Shown here one piece after another: positions 13,920 through 24,034 of a DNA stretch of 60,000 bases. The DNA is taken from contig NC_087437.1 in NCBI RefSeq assembly GCF_036321535.1, forward strand, positions 77,254,001-77,314,000, written 5' to 3'. Source of the DNA: Camelus dromedarius. Its lineage: Eukaryota. The notes below the pieces were generated by a model. That model was given only the letters and a program-made list of their open reading frames with translations. It ran no database searches and was not told the DNA's origin. The position numbers were made by a program, and so were the translations under genes. The first letter of the stretch is position 1. Every line of letters begins with the position of its first letter.

Positions 13920-14190
13920 AAATAATAATAGCTGCTATTTATAGAACCTCACAATGTTCCAGACTCTGAGCAAACTAATACATGTGTATTATCTCAGATA
14001 ATAGTTACTTCTGAAGATCGATAACTTCTCCCCTCCAAAGTTTCTCTCATTTATAATAAAAATCCTCATCTTACAGATGAGAAAGTGGAGAAGCAAATGG
14101 TTCTACATTTTGTACAAATCACTTGGCTAGTTAGAGTTACAACCAAGTATAAGATCTGCGAAGAGACAGGAGTCTCTTAGTCCAGGCTTC
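13920..14190 (-). mobile_element. MIR
   Basis: AATAATAGCTGCTATTTATAG...CATCTTACAGATGAGAAAGTGGAG matches the reverse MIR pattern. Confidence 0.6.
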
Positions 14191-14799
14191 TTTCTTCTGA
14201 AATGAGCTACTCCCTCAAGCAAAGTGCACATGGGAATAAAAAGATGAACCTAAAGTGAGTCCAATTAGATTGCAGCAATAAGCTTTATTTTAGGGCCAGC
14301 TGCGGAACCAGATAGAGGAAGAGAAATGATGCGTCTGTCTACTGTATTTGCAGGGAACCAGGTACTACCCTATATACTTACCTAGAAGAGGTTTTTTTTT
14401 TGGCTTTGTTTCTGTTTTTAACAGGAACAATGGTAAGACACACAACTCTTTGGCATCCATTCAGTACTTGCTTACTTATAAAGAAAGATCTTGTCATATT
14501 GGGTTCAGCAGCATAAAATGGTCTATGGTCCAACAATCCCTTTCTTCAGGCTTTGCTTTACGCTATGAAAGGTTGTTCTTTAGTATTCAGCCAATAAGTG
14601 TTGCCTCACATTTAAGTCAGTCCTTTCTCTTTCAGAGCTCTGAGCACTTTTACAGGCATTGTCTCACGTATCTTCTCAACAACTTTGTGTAGAGGAAATG
14701 AACTTCACCTTTTCAGAACTCACTCAGTGTGAGTCAATAGGTTTGCACTTTCACATTCCTACTTCATTTTCCACGCACCCTCCTAGAAACTAAAGAAAG

Positions 14800-14950
14800 A
14801 ATTCCAGGATCCCAGTTCTGGCTTCCCCACTAATCTTGGTCACTTTGGGAAGCCCCTTAGCTGCTCTTGGCTAGAGTTCCCTTCAGCACACAATGAGGCT
14901 GTCAGGCTAGGGAAGCATTAGGTTTCCTTCCAGCTCCACCATTCTGATAT
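14800..14950 (+). mobile_element. MIR/MIR3 fragment
   Basis: CCCAGTTCTGGCTTCCCCACTAA...CACTTTGGGAAGCCCCTTAG...CCTTCCAGCTC resembles the MIR3/MIRc core and 3' end. Confidence 0.5.
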
Positions 14951-15134
14951 TCTAAGCTAGTGGAATATTTGTGGTATTTGGTTGAAGAATTATCTTCGAG
15001 TCTAAAGAAACTTTGGGCTTGGTTTGGCTCTTCAGCTATTGCAGTTGCCTTTACATTTCTCCAATAGCCAGACTTTATCACGTAGCAGTTTTCTCCGAGG
15101 GCATTGGCAGGACTGCAGCTTAGGTAATAAACTG

Positions 15135-15310
15135 GACAAGAGGAGAGGAAAAATAAGTAGAACTAAGAAAAGAAAGGAAGAGCTGTAACAGAGAGAAAGA
15201 AAGAAAAGAGTGAGGGGAAGGCGGATGGGGGCACAATAGAAGAAAAGGAAGGATGAAGAAATAAGGAGAGATGGAGGAAGGCAGGAAAGACAGAAGGATA
15301 GTAAGGACAA
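15135..15310. repeat. GA-rich low-complexity tract
   Basis: Almost exclusively purines on +. This explains ORFs 15032-15310 and 15120-15383. Confidence 0.8.
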
Positions 15311-15374
15311 GGCTGCTAAACCTCTGTTCTTCCTCTCTCATTATCATCCTAATGCCACTGTTACATTGGAGAGA

Positions 15375-15600
15375 AGGTGGCATTGGTTTAATAGAAAGAG
15401 GTGGATTTTGGAGTTAGACTACACTTGGGTTCAAGTTCTGGCTCTTCCACTGACGAGCATTATGTTATCCCTAGGCAACTCTCTCAAACTTAGTTTATTT
15501 GAAATTATAAAACAAAGATAACACCTCCCCTTCAAAGTTTCTGTAATTTACAATAAAAATTACCTAACACAGGGTAAGTACACTATATTATTAGTTATAA
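15375..15600 (+). mobile_element. MIR
   Basis: GGTTTAATAGAAAGAGG..GATTTTGGAGTTAGAC..TTGGGTTCAAGTTCTGGCTCTTCCACT is a classic MIR head. Confidence 0.7.
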
Positions 15601-16560
15601 TGTGAGCAATATGTGGCAATCATCCATCTATCGGCATCAATATTAATTGTACCTAATAAAATACACACGAAGCATCCTTTGTATGTCTTAGAATACTGCT
15701 GGTTCCTTTATTCCTGTCAGTTTCATATACCAGTGATTCATTTCTGCTGCAACAGGCATGAGTGCTAATAATGGTCATGGACCTTACGTTCTGGGGACAT
15801 CTCTCCCTGTTCACTGTATCACACTCCCTACCATCCGATGAAGTGATAATGTGGAGACTGCACAGACATTGTGGAGATTCTGCTGGCTCTGTCCTTTCTA
15901 TTAGGACTTTCTTTGTCTCTGCACACACAAAATATTGAATGCTTTTTTAAGGCCATGATCTCCAGATAATTTGAAAACTCCATGGCCTATGTATCTACCG
16001 ACTTACTCAGCTGTGCACAAGTGATTCCCTCTTTGATTAACCCCCATGACTGCTCTGTGTGTTCTAAATGAAGAAGATATGTGTTAGAAAAATAAGCATT
16101 TCCAGCCTAGATCTCTAGAGAGGCAGTGAGACCTATTGGAAGATAAATTGCACAGTGAGACTGCATTCTTAAATGAAGAATATAAATGACTGCTAAGAAA
16201 AACGGTACACGGGCATCTTGTTCAGAATTAACATGTACAATCTCTTCATATACTGAACCACTACACTTGCAATATTTCTTTTTTTCTAGATTTCCTTAAA
16301 ATTCATTCAACTGGTAAAAATCATTGCGCTAACTGAGGGACTGCGTGTGTCACTAGGGAAAAGAAAAGGTTATGACAGTACATGAAACTTTGCTCTCAAG
16401 AAACTTGTGGTCTATTTAAAAGCCTTCAAGTGAATTAAAGTTTTCATCTGTTGTGTAACAGTTAGCACCATTTAGTTTAAACCTACAGGATCAGCCCTAA
16501 GATTCCTATTGGCCCACGCCGTTCACATTGCTAAGGTAGAGGACAAGGAATAGTCTAACA

Positions 16561-16879
16561 CAGCACTGTCCAATAGAAATGGAATAAATAAAAATTGCAT
16601 AATCCTTACATTTCTAATAGCCATGAGAAAAAAGTTTAAAAAAAACTAAGTAAAATTAATTTTAAGACTGTATTTACTCCAGGGTATCTAAAATATTATC
16701 ATTTCAACATATAATCAAAATACAGTGTATTGATGAGTATTTACATTTTGTTTTGCACTCAGTTTTCAAAATCCAGTGTGCATTTTTCATACGTATGGCA
16801 TGTCACAACTTGGAGTAGCCACACTTGGAGTACTTGATATCCATATGTGACTAGTGGCTGCTGTATTGACAGCATAGCT
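16561..16879. mobile_element. hAT-Charlie non-autonomous DNA transposon (MER33-like)
   Basis: Begins CAGCACTGTCCAATAGAA, contains AAAATATTATCATTTCAACAT and AAATCCAGTGTG, ends GTGACTAGTGGCTGCTGTATTGACAGCATAG. Confidence 0.8.
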
Positions 16880-17599
16880 CAAGCATTTCCTCTGAGTTGC
16901 CAAGTAGTTTATTCATTTCAATTATGTATCTATTTTCAACTATTATCCTGCATTTACCCTTACACTAAAATCTCCATTATTTTAAGGCACAGAGAAATAT
17001 GTGTCCATATCTGATGATGCCAGAGATGGACAAGATAGGGCTCAGTTTCCTGAATTTAGGTTCAGTGTTTTAACTGCGAAGCCACCATGCTTTGATATAT
17101 CTTCCTTGCTGTATTTAGAAAAATTTAACATTCAGGGTAAGAGAACCATAATGGCAACATAAAATTATAGTCCAGGACAGGAAATGTCAATGGGTGCTGT
17201 AAGCCACTGAAAGAACACCCAGAGTTTAGGAAAGCAGAGGATGTAATTGTTGTGCCCATGGCAGCATTTAGCTGGGTAATGCCCCTCTCATTACCTTTCA
17301 AGACCACCATCAGCGGCACTCTCGCATTTATATATTGCTTTGAGGAGAATGTGAAATGTGAGACACTGTCTTCAGTTAAAGTATGTTGCCATAGTTGACT
17401 AGGAAGTAGACCATTCACATGATTTTTAATCCCATTTCTCCGGTTAGTCATGATCTTCCTTATGATTCCTTCTAGAGCTACTCAGTTTGAATCACAGACA
17501 TATGTGTCATACCCAAGAATGGTGGAATTGTAGTATATGACCAATGACAATGTCACCTTTTGTCAAGAACCATGAAAAGTCTGACATTTTACTTTGCTT

Positions 17600-18043
17600 C
17601 CAAGCTATTAAGTTAGCTTGCCATAGTTTCATAGGTCCAGCAGATGACATGAGACTCCTAGGTCAGAGAAAAAGGACTTCATTCCATTTATTGCATGTTC
17701 TCATTGGTTCCCCTTGACTCCCAAAGCCCATGGGGTGATGCCCAAGTGGATGCTGTGCTCACAGTGAGTACATGTTACATCTTAAGAGTCTTAGGTTACG
17801 AAAATCTCAATCTTCCAAAAGGTCCCTTGGTAAGCCCAACCTTAACCTTGGAGGGAAATGTTATCTTTATTATCTCAGACAGCAAACAAATCTTTGATCT
17901 GGAAAGAGATACTTTCTCCATCTTCCAAGGCTGTTTACCATACAAACACTCTTGAAAAGACACTTCGGAATAAAAGCTAGCAATAGCTTTGCTCAGAAAT
18001 TGTACAGAAGTGAGAGCAACCTGTGGAGAGACGTCTCACAATA
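17600..18043 (-). mobile_element. ERVL solo LTR (LTR40-like)
   Basis: ATCTTCCAAGGCTGTTTACCATACAAACACTCTTGAAAAGA and GACATGAGACTCCTAGGTCAGAGA match the recalled reverse LTR40 consensus. Confidence 0.65.
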
Positions 18044-18137
18044 TCCTTTTATTAAAATCCTTCACTGACTCTTTGTTGCTTACTGGATAAGCTCCTCCTT
18101 TTTTGCATTAATCAATATTTATTTATTGCTTTGTTTC

Positions 18138-18305
18138 TTATTGAAGTATAGTTGATTTACAGTGTTTTGTTAGTTTCTGATGTATAGCAAAGCAATTCAG
18201 TTATATACGTATATATTCTTCATTTTCTTTTCCATTCTAGTTTATTACAGGATATTGAGTATAATTCCTTGTGCTACACAGGACGACATTGTTGTTTATC
18301 TATAT
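18138..18305 (-). mobile_element. L1 3'UTR terminal fragment
   Basis: TTGAAGTATAGTTGATTTACAGTGTT.TGTTAGTTTCT...GATATTGAGTATAATTCCTTGTGCTA is homologous to 9387-9540 and 53995-54180 in this window. Confidence 0.85.
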
Positions 18306-19339
18306 TTATTGCTTTTTATTAGACTTGAATAATTATCAGATGTCTGTAAAAACTAAGGTCTACTAGAAAAGATTCAAAAAGTAATCAAGGTGAAAGATAG
18401 GAGGATAATTCTGGTCAGTCCCACAATTAAGGATTTTGAGAAATTAATAGATCTTGTTATGAGAACTTAGTTTCCTGACATCTATGAAAATCCTAAAATC
18501 TGTATCTTTTGAGAGTTCAGGTTTTACTTATTATTACATTTTCTTAATGTGTGCCCTGATTTGAGGTTCAGAAAATATGAATGTTAAAATAATATTTGAT
18601 CTCTTGCTTTCACCTATTTCAAATTCCTCTTTATTTTTTTTCTGAGAACAGATAATAACAGAAACACTAAAATGGCTTTTAATATCAAATACATTTCATA
18701 AAATATATCTAGGTTGTATAAACTCACACTGAAACCTTCATATATATATGTAGGTTACATTTAAATACATAAGCAGCTATTGTGTGAACTGCTAGTACTC
18801 ATTACCCTGTACAGAATCTACAACTTGTTAAACAGCTGTGCAGAGAGCTATGTGGTTTAAGATAGCAAAGGAAGTTGGAAGCCAGATCCAATTTAAGCTT
18901 TCGGGAGAATATAGGTCAGCTAGAGGTCATTCTTTAAAATGGAATCAGAAAGCAGTCCTAGAACTATTGCCCAGCTAGGACCTACTCTGGAAGACGAGTC
19001 AACTTGTGCTGTACTCTGTGATTTGTGCAGACCTCAGAGGGACCCAGGTTTGGCTCACTTTTCAGCTGACCATACAGAAGACTTGGGAGTAGACTGTCAC
19101 AAGAAGTAGTGCTACCCACTGAATGAATCACAGCCTATTTCTTGCTGCCCCTTGGTGTTTTTGAACAACTTAGTCATCAGAATCCTGACTCTTTAAGGGA
19201 ACCAGTTCTCAAAGTTCACATAGATTGTCCTTCTATGGTAGATTGATAATTTTCTGCTCTAATGCAGAATAATCAACCAGCATTTAAAAAGTCATTATTG
19301 ATGACCCTCCAGTGTATATACAAGGAGATTGGATAAAAG

Positions 19340-19500
19340 TCAGCTGTCAAAGCATGTTGTAGTTTTGCCACTAGTTAGCTTGGACAAGTCACTGAAGCTG
19401 TCTGGTCTCTCACTTGTACGTTGGCCAAAGGGGAAGGGAGCCTTCCCTTCAGTGACCTTTAAAGTCTTTTTAGTCTTATCTGTGTATAATTCTATCTCAT
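19340..19500 (+). mobile_element. MIR fragment
   Basis: TTTGCCACTAGTTAGCTTGGACAAGTCACTGAAGCTGTCTGGTCTC resembles the MIR core. Confidence 0.55.
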
Positions 19501-20294
19501 TTAAGATCTAGCCTTGTGAATTGTGTACTGGGAAGAACGTATCTAGATGCCTTTCAGCTTCTGCTGCTGCCAGTACTTTATGGAATAAGATACATGCTGT
19601 CCCATCCAGAAAGCACCATGTGCAGAGCTAAAGAAATGTGTGTACGGCCATTTGTCAGCATCAGTATCTCCTCCGTCACCTTTGGATCACACAATGAGTT
19701 TTTTCTTTCTGGAGGTGACTCGAGCTCTCAGGGTCTTCCTCCTGGGTGACATGTCATATGGTAAAATGAAGCATGAGGCAGATATTGTCAGTTTAACCAG
19801 AAGGTAAAGGAAAAATACAATCACCTTCCAGTCCACTCATTCTGAATCTTCTCACAGCATCAAAGGGAAGCTCAGAGATAGATTTCTTGCAGTGTTCCCC
19901 CTTGACAGTGTGGGATACCTCAGTCAGATGAATAATACATGCACTTGCAAGCAACACAATTTTAAAAGAGTCTGGCATTTACAAAGCAGCTTAACTGGTG
20001 AAAAGAGTAAAGGCTTTGAATATTCTGTCAGTTTGAAAAGAGGTTCTGTGCCACCCTATCAGGTCACACAAACCATCTGATCAACTGCCACTTGATGAAA
20101 GCATTTATTAAAGTCAGAATAGGGAAATATCAGTTTGAGGAATGGAAAAAGGCTAAAGAATTTATTTTTAAACCCCTGGGAATAGAAAGGAGTGAGAAGA
20201 TTTCTGTTTCTAGAGTGAAATATGATATCAAATTTGGTTTTCACTGAATAGGGAAAACATAAGTCCTAAAACTGAATTTTTTTAAGCCTTAAGA

Positions 20295-22695
20295 TTTTCC
20301 CTTCTAGGAAAATAGAATGGATATACTTTTCCCTATTCCTCCAACTAAATACAACTAAAAAAATCTAGGCATCATATATAAAAAATATATAAGAAGACTC
20401 TGCAAAGTAGAGAGAAGAAAGCTAACCAGCTGACCTCAGGACACAATGTGGTGAGTGGATTCCTTGGGTTTTCTTCTTTTACCCTTATATTCAAGACTTA
20501 AGAGCTGAAGAAGTTGACAACCTAGAAACACCAACAGGTGCAGACCAAAAAAGCCCCCCCCCCAAAGCCTACTCTCTAAAGCCAGAAGACCAGGAATAAG
20601 TCAGACAGCAAAATGGAAAACTCTCTGGCAGTTTTCCAAAAAACTGTGGTCTCACCCCTACTGATGCCAGCAAAGGCTGAGTGAGGAAACTAGACTATAA
20701 TAAGGTATTCCCCACACCCCCACCAGGGTCATGTCAGAGAAGTTCAAGTAGGGACCTGGGTCTTCCATGACCTTCAACAGTGGTAGTGGGACCAGCTCCA
20801 TCCCAATGTTCTGGAGACCACATGGTGAGCCTAGACTTCACCTAAACCAACAGTAATGAGGCACTCCTTCCATTCCTCACTGGGGAGAATAAAAGGAAGC
20901 CTAGCGGAGAGTCAGGACTCTCACTATTACCCAGCAGTAATGAGGCCACTCACACTGTGGGGTTCATGGAGAGACATGCGAGACTGGAACTCCCATACCC
21001 ATCTAGCAGTAATGAGGTTCCTCCTGTTTCATGTGGCAATGAAGACTGACTAGGGAACCTGGACTTCTGTCTTCACCTAGCAGTAAAGAGGCAGTCACTG
21101 TGTCAGTGACAGAGAAATCCAACTAAGCAAGAAGTTTAAAATAAGATCCAGAGTCTTATAACAAAGTTAAGAAGATCCATAGTCTTATAACTTAAATTAT
21201 TAAATCAGAGTCTTATCATTTAAAAATTTCAGTCACATTTCCACATTTCAGTAACAAAATCAATCATATCAGAAACCAGAAAGTTCTTAAACTGACTTAA
21301 AAAAGATAATCAATGCATGCCAACATCAAGATAACAGAGATGTTAGAATTACCTGACAAAGATTTCAGTATCAGTCACAATAAAAATGGTTTGATAAGCA
21401 ATTGTTAGCATGCTTGAAGCAAATAGAAATGGAAAATAGCAAAGAAATAGAAAGTTTTAATAAAGACAAAAATTTCAAAGAAACAAAATGGAAATTTTAG
21501 AACTGAAGAAGACAACAAACAAAATACTCAGTAGAAGGGCTTAATGGCTGGATGGAGGGGCAGAGGAAAGAATCATTGAACTAGAGTATGTAACAATAGA
21601 AATTACTCAATCTGAAATCTGAACAACAGAAAGAAAATAGAATTGGGAGGGAGCTGTTGGACCATAATAAATGATTTAACATTTGTGTTATTATAGTCCT
21701 GAAAACAGAGGAGAAAAAAGGCGAAGCTGAAAAAGTACTCAAATAATGGCTGAAACTTGACAAGAGATATAAACCTACAGATTAAAAATGTTTAGTAAAC
21801 ACCAAAATAGGACAATCTCATGGATAATCACACTAAGATATACCATAATTAACCTTCTGAAAACTAAAGACAACGTAAAAATTGTGAAAGCAACCAGAGA
21901 GAAACACCACAAAAGGAAAATAAATTCAAGTTAAATGAAATCGGATTTCTTATCACATACCATAGAGGCTAGAAGGAATTGTCAAAATATTACTCAGGTG
22001 CTGAAAGAAAGGAAATGTCACCCCTGAATCCTATATCCAGTGAAAATATCCATCCGAAATAAAGGAGTAATCTCTTAGATGAAGGAGAACTGAGGGAACT
22101 GGTCACCAACATACCTACACTAAAAGTATAGCTAGGGGAAGTTTTCTTAACGGAATGGAAACAGTAAAAGAAGGAACTTGCTGAACATTAGGAAAAAAAA
22201 ACACTCCAAGCAAAAATGTGGGCTATTCTCTTGAGTTTTCTAAATTATGATTGGTGATTCAAGCAAAAATTATAACACTAACAAAGTACATAGATAAAAT
22301 ATTTAAGACAAGTATATTATAATGAGGGAGAGTAAAAGAACATAAATAGAGTTAAGGTTTCTATACTTTACTAGAATTGGCAAAAATGCCAATACCAGTA
22401 AACTATACTAAGTTATATATATATGTATATATATATATATAGAACTCAATACCTAGAGCAAGCACTAAAAAACATATAGAAAGAGTTACTCTGAAAATAT
22501 TATTAATAAATCAAAATGGGATTCTAGAATAGATTTCATTAACCCACAGAAAGATAGGAAAAAAGAAACAGAAACAAAAAACAGAGATAACACAATAAAC
22601 ATAAGATATAAAGAAGCAAACTTAAGCCCCAGCGTATCAGTAATTACATTGAATGTAAATGGTCTAAATACACCAATTAAAAATTGAAGATTGGC
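20295..22695 (+). mobile_element. Ancient L1 (L1MC/L1MD-type) 5'UTR, ORF1, inter-ORF and first codons of ORF2
   Basis: Degenerate ORF1 motifs (GAATCCTATATCCAGTGAAAATATCC = ILYP.K.S; GTGAAAGCAACCAGAGAGAAA). The ORF2 start motif ACATTGAATGTAAATGGTCTAAATACACCAATTAAA (TLNVNGLNTPIK) lies at about 22646-22681, then the element stops abruptly. Confidence 0.8.
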
Positions 22696-24034
22696 GGTTG
22701 TCGAGACCCTGAGGGGGCAGGAAGACTGAAATGTAAAGGAATTCAGAAGACTCCAAATGCCTCTTGCCATTCAGGCAACTCCTTCAAGAAGCCCTGGATC
22801 CCAACATGTTTCTAGTGAAATGCAGATTTCCAGTTCTTGGGAGGGACTTGGAGCCCAGCCTCCAAAAGAGATCACCCTAAATGCCCACCATGGTTGCAGA
22901 GGCTGTACCTGATAAAAGTAGAATGTCCTATAATAGAGATTTCCAAGCAAGATTTTTTTCAAGAAACAAAAACTCTCATCGCCCAACAATATAAGAAAAT
23001 CAATGAGAATAAAGTTCAGGATACTTCTATAAATGTTTTTAGAAATAAACATCAAAACCCCAAATCTGGCAGATTCATACCTTTGGAGATTTGGGGGTGG
23101 TGGTAAAAAAAAAGGAAACACGTGATGTGGTCCAAGAACAGAACTTCAGGCAGCACACAAAATGATTTGTTTCCCAAAGACCATCCAAAAGTGGACATAC
23201 TGAGGAGTCTCCACAACAAACTTCTTTCAGGGAGCCACACATTTTTAATGTTAAAAAAAAATGCAAGGATTCTGTAGTTCTAATTGCGAAAGAACAAGTT
23301 AAACTGGGTAAAATAGTTACTAATATTGAACCGGTGAGTAAAAAAATACAGAACGAAAAGCAACAGCACCATGGGAAGTCCATAATGTTGAACTCATTAA
23401 GTGCCTCCCCCATTATCCACCTTGACTTGCACTTACAACCCATAACCTCCTCTTCCACGGGGCTTCTGAAAGAATATGGCAGAGAATTCTGTGATTGGAG
23501 AGAAGTTGTGTTAAAAAGATTTTCCTGTCTGGCTTGTGACTCCAGTTGGCCTAGTTCCTCTGGATCATCATCAGTATTTCAGGATTATTGTATTGCTTTG
23601 CATCATGGACCAAATTTCAAAGCAGTTATAAACATGTAGACTAATCAGTTGTGTCAAATATTGACTTGGTCATTGGAGGATGAGACAAATTATTAACCTT
23701 GAAGAGCTGAAGGAATGAATAGACAGAAAAAAATAAATTCTATGAAGCAATCTTTGCTAACAGAGAAGACTGGCAAGGATTAGAAAGAAGTGAGTTCCTT
23801 AAGTACTTCAGTGGCTGTGGTCATTTCCCAATTCAGCAGCAATGAGGTTTGGGACCTGGTCAGTAGAGAAAACCATGAAAATCACTTTGAAATCATCTAG
23901 AAGCTCAGTGCAATTGAAATGTTACACTATATCTGCCTCGAGGTGCCTATGTCCATAATAATATACAACTTTGGTAAACTTGGCTGAGAGCCATAGTAAA
24001 TGGGGAAGAAGGATATAAATACATAGCAAATGGT
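22696..24034 (+). pseudogene. IQCM: Processed pseudogene of IQ motif-containing protein M (about 190-nt 5'UTR, ATG at 22890, frameshifts and stops, 3'-truncated)
   Basis: Kozak CCACCATGG at 22885-22893. Translated segments across frames are collinear with IQCM as I recall it: [155 protein letters not shown]. No introns and multiple disablements. Confidence 0.88.

Noticed and set aside
20830..21095. CRISPR-like periodic repeat CAGTAA(T/A)GAGG at about 20851, 20935, 21007 and 21081 (72-84 bp spacing)
   Set aside because: The 'spacers' are themselves mutually similar (GGACT..CAC..AGCAGTAATGAGG) and lie in the 5'UTR of an ancient L1, where tandem monomers are expected. The context is mammalian and there are no cas genes.
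21140..21220. Three short copies of (GATCC)AGAGTCTTATAAC
   Set aside because: Local slippage duplication inside a decayed L1, with no sign of function.
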